Positions 38,824 to 50,520 of a DNA stretch of 64,000 bases are shown piece after piece. Under the pieces are notes generated by a model. That model saw only the letters and a list, made by a program, of their open reading frames with translations. It did no database searches and was not told the origin of the DNA. The translations under genes were made by a program, and so were the position numbers. Source of the stretch: Octopus vulgaris (Eukaryota). Within the stretch, counting starts at the first letter, position 1; each line of letters begins with the position of its first letter. The stretch lies in NCBI GenBank assembly GCA_951406725.2, contig OX597823.1, positions 19,530,001 through 19,594,000 on the forward strand, in the 5' to 3' direction.

Positions 38824-40492
38824 GACTCAGTAGTTAGAACATTGGGCTCACAATCATGAGGTGCAAAGTAGATTACTTGTTGACAGGGGAAATACAATGT
38901 TACCCCTTATAATTACTTAAACCTTTCACTCCCTATGGAGTCTAAGACCTTTAATGGCTTTCTTCACTACCCTCGACTCTGGACCTGTCTTTTCTGCTTC
39001 TATCTAGCTGAATCCCTGCTTTTATAACTCTGCCTCAATATCCTACCTCCAACTATTTTAGAGTGTCCTCTCTTTTGCTTCCTTTGTGGGTCACAGGTCA
39101 GGGCCTGACCTATTACACAAGATGTTGGTCCTTTTTGGATTTTGTAGCACCACATTATACATTTCTCTGAGGGGTGGCCTTCTGTTGTCTTGTTGGCTTT
39201 GAATTGTCAATACTTCTCTGACTTTGCTTTTTTTCTAGCTAGGGGTGGTCCATATTGGTTTGGCCTCTACCCTTCATCCTGTCTAGTAAAGGGGAGCCCT
39301 GTCAGAAGCTTGTACTCCACTGGTATAGCTCTCAGAGTTACTGAGACACACAAGCCATCATGCCACAACTAAAACTGCACTTTGTGATGGATTCATCTTT
39401 TTGGGGTCTGATAAAGCGTATCAGATCTCTCTGAATTCAATTCTTCTCTTTATTTCTTTCTGTCAGTCTCTCTCTCTCTCTCTCTCTCTCGAATAATTCA
39501 GCAGTGTGCAAGCTCAGAGAGAAATGGACCGCATCAAGTCTAAACATGCCCAGGATATGTAGTATGTCGTAATGGCACTCCTATGCCTCCACCAGGAGAT
39601 GAAGGTCCAGTAGCATGGCATATATAAGACAGACTGATTGATCCAATGCCAGGCAGACAGACAGCTGGGTATAGACTTCAGAGGAATGCATTAATGGGGA
39701 AAACCCATAGTAGCAGTAATGAAATAATTAATCTGCTTTGAATGAATATATGTACTCTACTCCATGTATTGAGTTCAACAAATGATGAATTTAGAAATAT
39801 TTTTTTTCATTTTTTTTTTCTTTAAATATGCTTGGTCTGAAAGGTTTATACTCATGTACTTAAAAAAAAATCCTCTGAGGATAACAGTTGAGGGTTTTCT
39901 CTGACTATACTCAAGTTTTTCCTTATTGTCTGTCTCGCTCCCTCATAGCTACACAACACACATACAAACTTCACCACACACATACACACAAACTATACAA
40001 TGACATAACTCCAAAAGCTTACACACAAATGCTAACAGCTACACGCATCATATAACTTCAACCTCCATCTTGCTACACCAAGCCCCGACTATATTTACTA
40101 CAAACTGGTAAAGGAGGAGAGGGACTTTACCACCCCACACTATCAGCCTTCCTTCATCTAAATATAGTATATCTTTAAGGATGCTGGGAAATTCCACGAA
40201 AGTGGTGCAGAGCCCCTCAGTATATTACCACTGCTGCAGCTAGTAGCAGTGATGGCAGTGGAGGCTATATATAAATACACACATATATATATATATGTAT
40301 GTATGTATATATGTATGTATGTAACTGTTAGCTGGAATGTTGTGCAGCTGAAGAGATAAAACAACAGATACTAAATATAGAAGATGAACTAAAGCAGAAA
40401 TCATAACAGTTGTTGTTATAAAGAGCAACAACAACCGACATCATCACAATACCAACACTACCACTACTACAATTATACATATATATATATTA

Positions 40493-40899
40493 TTACTCTT
40501 ACTCTTTTACTCATTTCAGTCATTTGACTGCGGCCATGCTGGAGCACCGCCTTTAGTCGAGCAAATCGACCCCGGGACTTATTCTTTGTAAGCCCAGTAC
40601 TTATTCAATCGGTCTCTTTTGCCGAACCGCTAAGTGACGGGGACGTAAACACACCAGCATCGGTTGTCAAGCAATGCTAGGGGGACAAACACAGACACAC
40701 AAACACATACACATACATATACATATATGTATACATATATACGACAGGCTTCTTTCAGTTTCCATCTACCAAATCCACTCACAAGGCATTGGTCGGCCCG
40801 GGGCTATAGCAGAAGACACTTGCCCAAGATGCCACGCAGTGGGACTGAACCCGGAACCATGTGGTTGGTTAGCAAGCTACTTACCACACAGCCACTCCT
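40493..40899 (-). mobile_element. SINE family A, young subfamily, full length
   Basis: Almost identical to the reverse complement of 44322-44717. Confidence 0.92.
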
Positions 40900-41189
40900 T
40901 ATATATATATATATATAAAAACGTATCTTAACAGCAACTTCAATGTCTGGCACTAATGCTACAACAGCACCAACACTCTTCGATGAGAATTGTATTTTAC
41001 CAACAGTGGAAAGATTGGAAAGGAAAGAAAGTCTGTCATTAAAGGACTTGAATGTATAAAAGTGTTGGAACAAATACCAAAGGGCATCATTTTGTTTCAT
41101 TCTCAAACGATTCAGATAATTCATCAATCTGATAATAATAAAAAGTTTTGAATGATACAACAATGCACTATAATATTAAAAAAAAAAAA

Positions 41190-41357
41190 GTGGTAAGTAG
41201 CTTGCTTACGAACCACATGGGTCCGGGTTCATTCCCACTGCGTGGCACCTTGGGCAAGTGTCTTCTACTATAGCCTCAGGCCGACCAAAGCCTTGTGAGT
41301 GGATTTGGTAGACGGAAACTGAAAGAAGCCCGTCATATATGTGTATGTATATATATA

Positions 41358-41400
<43 letters not shown>

Positions 41401-41617
41401 TTGTGTGTCTGTGTTTGTCCCCCCAACATCGCTTGACAACTGATGCTGTTGTGTTTACGTCCCCCGTAACTTAGCGGTTCGGCAAAAGAGACCGATAGAA
41501 TAAGTACTGGGCTTACATAAAAATATGTCCTGGGGTCGATTTGCTCGACTAAAAGGTGGTGCTCCAGCATGGCCACAGTCAAGTGACTGAAACAAGCAAA
41601 AGAGTAAAAGAGAGAGA
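41190..41617 (+). mobile_element. SINE family A
   Basis: Slightly 5'-clipped copy with an internal (TA)(GT) microsatellite and tail. Confidence 0.9.
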
Positions 41618-41867
41618 ATATACCTGTCGTAATTTAGTTATCCATAGTCTGATGATATTTTGGAATACAATTCCTTCTTCGGATATTCTTAAATGGAGTC
41701 ACTGCTATAATCAGTTTTATTCCAAAATATCATCAGACTATGGATAAGTAAATTACAACAGGTATACAGTCCATTTTTTTTTTTATATTATAGTGGATTG
41801 TTGTACCATTCAAAACTTTTTATTCTTTACATTCAATACTCTCCTACTACTACTACTACTACTACTA

Positions 41868-41899
<32 letters not shown>

Positions 41900-41944
41900 G
41901 ATGATGATGATGATGATAATAATGATGATGCTGATGATGATGAT

Positions 41945-42630
41945 TCTTTCTAATTTTGATACAAGGACAGCAATTTTGAGGGGAGGGAGTACGTTGATTA
42001 CAGCAATCTCAGATTTCAACTGGTACTTCTTTTATTGACCCCCACAAGAATGAAATGCAAGGCTGACCTCAGTGGGATTTGAACTCAGAACACGGAAAGA
42101 ACTCGAAGAAATGCCACTGGGTATTTTGTTTGATATGATACTGATTCAGCCAGCTCACTGTCTTAATAATAATAATAATAATAATCTTTTCTACTCCAGG
42201 CACAAGGCCCTAAATTTTAGGGGATGGGGAGGCCAGTCAATTAAATCGACCCCACAATGCAACTGGTACTTGCTTTATTGATTCTGAAAGGATGAAAGGC
42301 AAAAATCGACCTCAGTGGAATTTGAACTCAGAACATAGCGATGGGTGAAATACTGCTAAGCATTTCACCCGGGATGCTAACAATTCAGCCAACTCGCTAT
42401 TTTAAAATATAAATACCTTCTACTCTAGGCACAAGGCCTGAAATTTTAGGGGGAGGGGGCCAGTTGAATAGATTGACCCCTGTACACAACTAGTACTTAA
42501 TTTATCGACACCAAAAAGATGAAAGGCAAGGTCGACCTCAGCGGAATTTGAACCCAGGACATAAAGACAGACAATATACCACTAAGCATTTTGCCCAGTG
42601 TACTAATGTTTCTGCCAGCTTGCCACCTTA
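41945..42630 (-). mobile_element. Tandem run of three SINE family B copies
   Basis: Repeated atttgaactcagaac and tactctaggcacaaggcc motifs. Confidence 0.8.
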
Positions 42631-42697
42631 ATAATAATGATGATGATAATAATAATAATAATAATAACAGTAACAACAACAACCAGGGGACGTTTAA

Positions 42698-42916
42698 CCC
42701 TTTAGTGTTCAGATTATTCTATCAAACATAATACTTATTGATTCACATTGATTTGAATTAATCATGCATTATCTCATATCTTCAAGATCTTGATGGTGTA
42801 ATTACTTAATGTAGAATAACATTGTAGGGTAGGTGTGAGAGCCTGGATCTGGTCAGTTTGAACATAAAACAGATTAAATATTTTGGCCGGATATGGCCGG
42901 TTTAAATACTAAAGGG
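42698..42916. mobile_element. piggyBac-type MITE, family P1
   Basis: TTAA|CCCTTTAGTGTT...ATACTAAAGGG|TTAA. Confidence 0.9.
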
Positions 42917-43208
42917 TTAAAGGAGGGAACACAGGGGTATGTATAACATACGAGAAGACAGAATTGTTGCTCAGAAAATTATCCAATAACATGAATGAAC
43001 AAACACAATAAACTATCAATATTTACTACATATAAATGATGTTTTACAAATGTTTATTAAAACCATCATTCTTACACAAGACCGTCGAAGCACAGTCCAT
43101 ACCAATGTCAGACTGCAGTACAGCATTAATCACAAAATATGCTGAATAATTCAAATAGAAATTGTATCATTCAACCCGAGGTTGTTAATCAGGAAAGGGA
43201 CATTTCAA

Positions 43209-44228
43209 CCCTTTAGCATTTAAACAGGCCGGGTGGCACGTAAAAAGCACCTACTACACTCACGGAGTGGTTGGCGTTAGGAAGGGCATCCAGCCGTAGA
43301 AACACTGCCAGATCAGACTGGGCCTGATGCAGCCTTCTGGCTTCACAGACCCCAGTTGAACCGTCCAACCCATGCTAGCATGGAAAGCGGATGCTAAATG
43401 ATGATGATGATGATGATATCTGGCCAAGATATTGCACCTGCTTTACATTGGAGCTGGATAGATCTGGCCTTTCACACTTACCCTCCAATGCCATTCTAAA
43501 AGTAAACAAATAGGTGCAGGAGTGGCTGTATGGTAAGTAGCTTGCTTACCAACCACATGGTTTCGGGTTCAGTCCCACTGCTTGGCACCTTGGGCAAGTG
43601 TCTTCTACTATAGCCTCGAGCTGACCACAGCCTTGTCCGTGGATTTGGCGGACGGAGACTGAAAAGAAGCCCGTCATATATATATATGTATATGTGTGTG
43701 TATATGTTTGTCCCCTCAACATTGCTTGATTGCGTCCCTGTAAATTAGCAGGTCGGCAAAAGAGACCAATATATATTTCTTTACTACCCACAAGGGGCTA
43801 AACAAGGACAGACAAAGGGATTAAGTCGGTTACATCGACCCAGTGCGAAACTGGTACTTTATTTATCGACCCCGAGAGGATGAAAGGCAAAGTCGACCGC
43901 GGCGGAATTTGAACTCAGAACGTAACGACAGACGAAATACTGCAAAGCATTTCGCCCAGCGCGCTAACGTTTCTGCCAGCTCGCCGCCTGAAAAGAGACC
44001 AGTATAAGATTTACAAAGACTAAGTCCTGGGGGTCGATTTGCTCGACTAATTGCGGTGCTGCAGCATGGCCACAGTCAAATGACTGAAACAAGTAAGAGA
44101 GTAAAAGAATAAAACAATCACATCTTTGATATCTCGAAGCAACAAACTAATTCATGATTGATTCACAGTAAGATGAATGAATAAGCAATACATTTCAGAG
44201 AGAAACCTAAATGCTAAGTAAGAGGTTA
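43209..44228. mobile_element. P1 MITE disrupted by nested family C, SINE A and SINE B insertions
   Basis: MITE pieces at 43209-43230, about 43417-43510 and 44110-44228. SINE B (43769-43990, minus) sits inside SINE A with TSD AAAAGAGACCA. Confidence 0.8.
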
Positions 44229-44321
44229 AGTCTGTTGAACTAAAAATACAAAAAATCCATGCAAAACTGACCAACAAGGATGAGAAAAAAACACCTTAAC
44301 CACTAAATTATCATCATTATA

Positions 44322-44717
44322 GGCGCAGGAGTGGCTGTGTGGTAAGTAGCTTGCTAACCAACCACATGGCTCCGGGTTCAGTCCCACTGCGTGGCATCTT
44401 GGGCAAGTGTCTTCTGCTATAGCCCCGGGCCGACCAATGCCTTGTAAGTGGATTTGGTAGACGGAAACTGAAAGAAGCCTGTCGTATATATGTATATATA
44501 TATATATATGTGTGTGTGTGTATGTGTGTTTGTCCCCCTAGCATTGCTTGACAACCGATGCTGGTGTGCTTACGTCCCCCGTCACTTAGCGGTTCGGCAT
44601 AAGAGACCGATAGAATAAGTACTGGGCTTACAAAGAATAAGTCCCGGGGTCGATTTGCTCGACTAAAGGCGGTGCTCCAGCATGGCCGCAGTCAAATGAC
44701 TGAAACAAGTAAAAGAA
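44322..44717 (+). mobile_element. Full-length SINE family A (reference copy)
   Basis: ggcgcaggagTGGCTGTGTGG A box, GGTTCAGTCCC B box, CORE-like cttgggcaagtgtc, internal (TA)n(TG)n, 3' stem-loop cagtc-aaat-gactg and an A-rich tail. Confidence 0.93.
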
Positions 44718-45116
44718 AAAAGAAAAAAAAAATCTTCATTTAATTCCAATTGTAATTAAATGAAGATGATGACAATTTAAATACAGGATCAGACTTTTAT
44801 CATAGAGTCTCACAAAAAAACAGAAAAAGTAAAAATGACATGAGACAAGGATTCTATTTTGGAGGAGGGGACCAGTCGATTAGATCGACCCCAGTACACA
44901 ACTGGTGTTTAATTTATTGACCCCCAAAAGGATGAGAGGCAAAGTTGATCTCAGCGGAATTCTACACACAAAATGATGTCCATATAAAATGTGGAAAGAA
45001 AACAGCCAGATCTAGATGTGCTGGTGGAGGACCTATCGACAAACTAATGAAGAGGATACCATTCTTAGAATGGAAAAAAAATAGCAGAATTTGAAATAGA
45101 ACATTTAAAAGAAGGA

Positions 45117-45525
45117 ATCATCATCATCATCATCATTTAACGTCCGTTCTCCATGCTAGCATGGGTTGGACGGTTCGACCAGGGATCTGGGAAGCCAGAA
45201 GGCTGCACCAGGCTCCAGTCTTATCTGGCAATGTTTCTACAGCTGGATGCCCTTCCTAACACCAACCACTCCGTGAGTGTAGTGGGTGCTTTTTACGTGC
45301 CACCTGCACAGGTGCCAGGCGAGGCTGGCAACGGCCACAGTCGGATTGGTGTATTTTACGTGCCACTGGCACGGAAGCCAGTCGAGGCGGCGCTGGCATC
45401 GGCCACGAGTCGGATAGTGCTTTTTACGTACCACCAGACCAGGGGTCCTGGCTGGTTCAATTCGATTTCGATTTCGCTTGCCCCAACATGTCTTCGCAAG
45501 CAACGGGGGTTGGCATACGCCGAGT
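45117..45525 (-). mobile_element. Family C retroelement, longer copy
   Basis: (CAT)n tail on the plus strand and three ttttacgt modules. Confidence 0.85.
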
Positions 45526-46203
45526 GATGAATACAGAATATCTAACAATAACAACAATATAAGTATTGCAAATTCATGAAGATAAAACCTGCAACACAAA
45601 GGAAATAAATAACAAAATATGATAAACCTAAACCTGACAAATGGACAGTTGTGACCAACATAAACCAAACTAAAACTGCACAAAAGAAAAATATAAATTA
45701 AAGGGAAAATGACGAAGATTTTAAAACAGGGAACCCTGAAAGTGAAAATTATATCCCGGGCGCTCTAAAACTGAGCACAGGGAGGCACGAGGCACGCTAA
45801 GGTGTTGGACTCATGATCATAAGATTGTGGTTTCGATTCCTGGACTGGGCAATGTGTTGTGTATTTGTATTTGAGCAAAACACTTCATTTCATGTTGTTC
45901 CAGTCCACTCAGCTGGCAAAAGGGAGTGTTCCTGTGATAGACTAGCATCCCATCCAAGTAGGGGATTAATGTCATGAAGCTGGGAAACTGGCCCCTATCT
46001 TTAACTCAAACTGAGTATAATTTAATAAATAATTATATGGTTATTATTCTTATGGGTAAAGAAAAGCACTTTTGAAAGATAAAACTCAACAATAAAAAAA
46101 AAATGTGATTATTGCAGGCTTAATTTAAGCAAATTCAAACAACATCACCAAATTAGATGAACTTGTGAATGGATATGGTTGATAGAAACTGAAAGAAGCC
46201 CGT

Positions 46204-46239
<36 letters not shown>

Positions 46240-46503
46240 CGTATGTATGTGTGTGTGTATATGTTTGTGTGTCTGTTTGTCGCCCCAACACCGCTGGTGT
46301 GTTTATGCCCCCATAACTTAGCGATTCAGCAAGAGAAACCAATAGAATAAGTACTAGGCTTACAAAGAATAAGTCCTGGGGTTGATTTGCTTGACTAAAA
46401 AGGCAGTGCTCCAGTATGGCCACAGTCAAATGACTGAAACAAGTAAAAGAGTAATATATGCAACAGCCATCGTGGATTCAAAGGGGATTGGGTAGTCCCT
46501 TAA

Positions 46504-47039
46504 CCCTCCAGCATTTAAACTGGTCATATCCAGCTCAAAATATTCTGCCTGGTCCATCTAGCCTTTCACATCTCCCTGACAATATCCTTCGAAGAATAAA
46601 CTATCATTGAAATCTCAATGCTAAAAGATAAATGCATGATTAATTCAAAACGCTGAATAAATATGTGTTACAATTGACAGAGAAATTGGAGTGCTGAAGG
46701 GTTAAATCTTACTGAAGGGTATCAAAATCTAAGCAAGAAAATAAATATTCCAAGAAAGAGAGACAGAAGAGAAAAGATCTCTCAATTCTCAATGAAGTCA
46801 ATAACAAAGCAATATTAACCCTTTAGTGTTTGCATTATTCTGCCAAAATTAATCCTTTTTCATCCACATTGCCTTGAACTAATCAGGCATTATCTTGGTG
46901 CTATGAGATTTTGATGAGGTAGCTGTTAATTTTTAAAACGATATTGTGGGGCTGGTGTGAGAGACCAGATCTGGCCAGTTAGAACATAAAACAGGTAGAA
47001 TACTTTTGGCTGGATATGGCCGGTTTGAATGCTAAAGGG
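46504..47039. mobile_element. Two P1 piggyBac MITEs in inverted orientation (46504-46701 and 46819-47039)
   Basis: Each is bounded by TTAA|CCC...GGG|TTAA. Confidence 0.87.
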
Positions 47040-47358
47040 TTAAAAAAAAAAAAAAAGAAAGAAAAGCAAGAAAACGGAACAAAAGCAGATGTATCTGAAA
47101 CTAAAGAACGACTAAAACAAGAGATTCTTGCCAAATGACAAAGAAATCTACTGGTATGAAACATGCCAATGATGCTTTGAATAAACCGAAGAGTAAGATT
47201 CCAAACCAAAGTGACTAACAATAACTTAATAAAAGCAAAATAGAAGACAATGTGGCAACTAGCAGAAAGAGAAGTTGAAGAATTTTGGGAAGGAACAAGG
47301 GCAGTGAAAGAATCACCATAAAAGGGGGGGGGGCTAGTGAAAACAATGAACACATAAT

Positions 47359-47762
47359 ATTTTCTACTCCAGGCACAAGGCCCAAAATTTTGGGGGAGGG
47401 AGCCAGGCAATTAGATTGACCCTAGTACACAACTGGTACTTAATTTATTGACACCAAAAGGATGAAAGGCAAAGTCGACCTCAGTGGAATTTGAACTCAG
47501 AACGTAAAGACAGACAAAATACCTATTTCTATTTCTTTACTATTCACAAGGGGCTAAACACAGAGTAGATAAACAAGGACAGACAAACGGATTAAGTCGA
47601 TTACATCGACCCCAGTGCGTAACTGGTACTTATTTAATCAACCCCGAAAGGATGAAAGGCAAAGTCAACCTCGGCGGAATTTGAACTCACAACGTAAAGA
47701 CAGACGAAATACCGTTAAGCATTTCACCTGGCGTGATAAAATTTCAGCCAGCTCGTTGCCTT
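47359..47762 (-). mobile_element. Dimeric SINE family B inserted as one unit
   Basis: A 16-bp TSD ACAATGAACACATAAT (47343-47358 and 47763-47778) flanks both monomers. Confidence 0.9.
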
Positions 47763-48104
47763 ACAATGAACACATAATCAGAACAATCCTGGGTCACAGA
47801 TCAATTTTAATCTTAAGAGTATTGATTGGTTACATGTAAGTGATTGATGATAGAAAGAACATCCCGTTGTATAAACTACACCAGAAATGAAGGCCATGAG
47901 CAAAGGAGATGGGAGTTCTACACAGTAATTCTGTATAATAAGAGACTCTATGGTGTTTCCACAGACAACTTCTACCGTTGATGGCAAGATAGAAATGTCA
48001 TTCATTTTGTACTGAAGAGCAGTGGGTAACAGGAAGGGCATCTGGCCATAAAACCCATGATATATATGCAATAACAGAAATTGGTGATTTTCTTTACTGC
48101 ATGT

Positions 48105-48445
48105 CATCATCATCATCAACATCGTTTAACATCCAGTTTCCATGGGTTAGCATGGGTTGGACGATTTGACTGAGGACTGGCAAACTAGATGGCTGCACCA
48201 GGCTCCAATCTTGATCTGGCAAAGTTTCTACAGCTGGATGCCTTCCTAACGCTAACCACTCCAAGAGTGTAGGGGGTGCTTTTACGTGCCACCGTTACGA
48301 GGGCCAGTCAGGCAGTACCAGCAATGGCCATGTTCAAATGTTTTTTACATGCCACCTGCACAGGAGCCAGTCCAGTGGCACTGGCAATGACCTTACTTGA
48401 ATGCTTTTCATGTGCCACCAGCACAAGTGCCAGTAAGGCGACACT
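48105..48445 (-). mobile_element. Family C retroelement 3' end
   Basis: Same core and modules as 45117-45525. Confidence 0.8.
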
Positions 48446-49102
48446 TGTGTGCTAAGTAATGAATTACAACAAAAGGACCTGTGAAGTCCACAACAGATGA
48501 TATGTTGAATGTAAGATAGCCAGTTATTTGATGATTTCACAAGTGCCAGTGGTTTTATGAAGGGGATCCAACCATAGAACCAGGCCAAAGCTGACACTGG
48601 AGCACAATGCAACCCTGCTGGTCACCAGGCCCTGTCAAACCAACCAACCAACCCATGCCAGCATGGACAATAGACATTAAATGTAGTTGATGATGATGAT
48701 TTGAACTTGTGACTTGAATCCACTGATATGAGTTCCTCAAGTCAATGTGAAGGATGTTACAGAAAACAAAAAATAAGTGTGTGTGTGTGTGTGTGAATAT
48801 GCAAAACTACAAAACAAGGTTAATTAGTCAACAATACACTCGCTTATCACACTTGTGATTAGATAGGCTGGCACAGTAACAATAGTAAATATATACACAT
48901 ATACACACACACACACATATTCCCCAATTGTTGTCTGCTTTCAGCTTTTCTCCACTTGAAATGGGGGAAAAAAAGTGATGTGACACACAAATATGGTGCC
49001 TCTGTTACTCAATCCAGAGGATCTACTTGGGGTTACGAAAGTTCCTTATACAGGTGCACTTATAAGGCAGACCCAGCTGGCCAGATGATACCCAAGTTAC
49101 CT

Positions 49103-49355
49103 CCGTGCCGGTGGCACATAAAAAGCACCATCCGTTCGTGGCCGTTTGCCAGCTCTGTCTGGCACCTGTGCGGGTGGCACGTAAAAAGCACCCACTACAC
49201 TCACGGAGTGGTTGGCATTAGGAAGGGCATCCAGCCGTAGAAACACTGCCAGATCTGACAGGGCCTGATGAAGCCTTCTGGCTTCACAGACCCCAGTTGA
49301 ACCGTCCAACCCATGCTAGCATGGAAAACGGACGCTAAACGATGATGATGATGAT
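49103..49355 (+). mobile_element. Family C retroelement 3' end
   Basis: ggacgctaaacgatgatgatg tail. Confidence 0.85.
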
Positions 49356-49607
49356 AATAGAGGCTAAGTAATCATCATCAAGTGATTAATGAACAATGGT
49401 AAGAAACTCCCAAGAGAATTGACCACCTGAAGGACTTTAGAGAAGAAACCTCACTCAGTCAAGTGATTCAGTCCTTAACTTCTGACACTCTAATGGGGCC
49501 AGGCTGCATCCAGATCATAACTCCTGTGTGCCCTTCTGATGATACATTTTAGCTACTTGGATATCAGAGACTTGTGCGTTTAATTGTAATCCTAGATAAA
49601 ATGTTTA

Positions 49608-50078
49608 ACCCTGTAGCATTTAAACTGGCTGTGCAGGTGGCATGTAAAATGCACCAATCCGACCGTGGCCGATGCCAGCCTCGCCAGGCACCAGTGCAGG
49701 TGGCACGTAAAAAGCACCCACTACACTCACGGAGTGGTTGGCGTTAGGAAGGGCATCCAGCTGTAGAAACCTTGCCAGATAAGACCGGAGCCTGGTGCAG
49801 CCTTCTGGCTTTCCAGATCCCCGGTCGAACCGTCCAACCCATGCTAGCATGGAGAACGGACGTCAAACGATGATGATATCCAGACAAAATATTCTGCTCA
49901 TTTTATGTTCAAACTGGCTATATCCGGCCTTTCACACCTATCCTACAATATCGTTCTCAGAATAAACAATCACATCATCGATATCGCAAAGCTACAAGAT
50001 AATGCCTGGTTAATTCAAAGCAACGTGAATGAATAAGCATTAAATTTGACAGAGTAATCCGAATGATAAACAAGATTA
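49608..50078. mobile_element. P1 MITE with a family C insertion (about 49630-49877)
   Basis: ttaaccctgtagcatttaaactggc | family C | atatccagacaaaatattctg... (rest of the MITE body). Confidence 0.8.
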
Positions 50079-50299
50079 ATGACAAAAGAAGTCTGAAACT
50101 CTGTCATCATAGATCTGCTCATCAGAGCTAAGTGAAGGATAAACAATAATAATAATGACAAGCAAACAACTCAATCACAAACTTATATCATTATCAAACA
50201 ACCAGGTTACATTAGAAGGGTCTCATTTTCAGCAACAAGGTCCAATGCTGCCTTTATCATAACACTCCCAGGTCATACATTATCCTCTCAAACAATTAA

Positions 50300-50520
50300 C
50301 CCTTTTGTTACTGTATTCATTTTGAGATGCTCCGTGTTTCTTTCAATTACTTTAAATATAACAAAGAATTTAGTAAAATATCTTAGTTATCATTAAGCTA
50401 GTGTTAGGTACATAAATTGTGACTAAGGTTTGATGGAAGATTTTAATTCAAAATTTATGAAAACAAGACATTTGTACTACAGAGCCAGAGCCAGTTTCAG
50501 TTGGGTTGGTAATGAAAGGG
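50300..50520. mobile_element. piggyBac-type MITE, family P2, reverse orientation
   Basis: TTAA|CCCTTTTGTTAC...ATGAAAGGG|TTAG. Confidence 0.87.
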
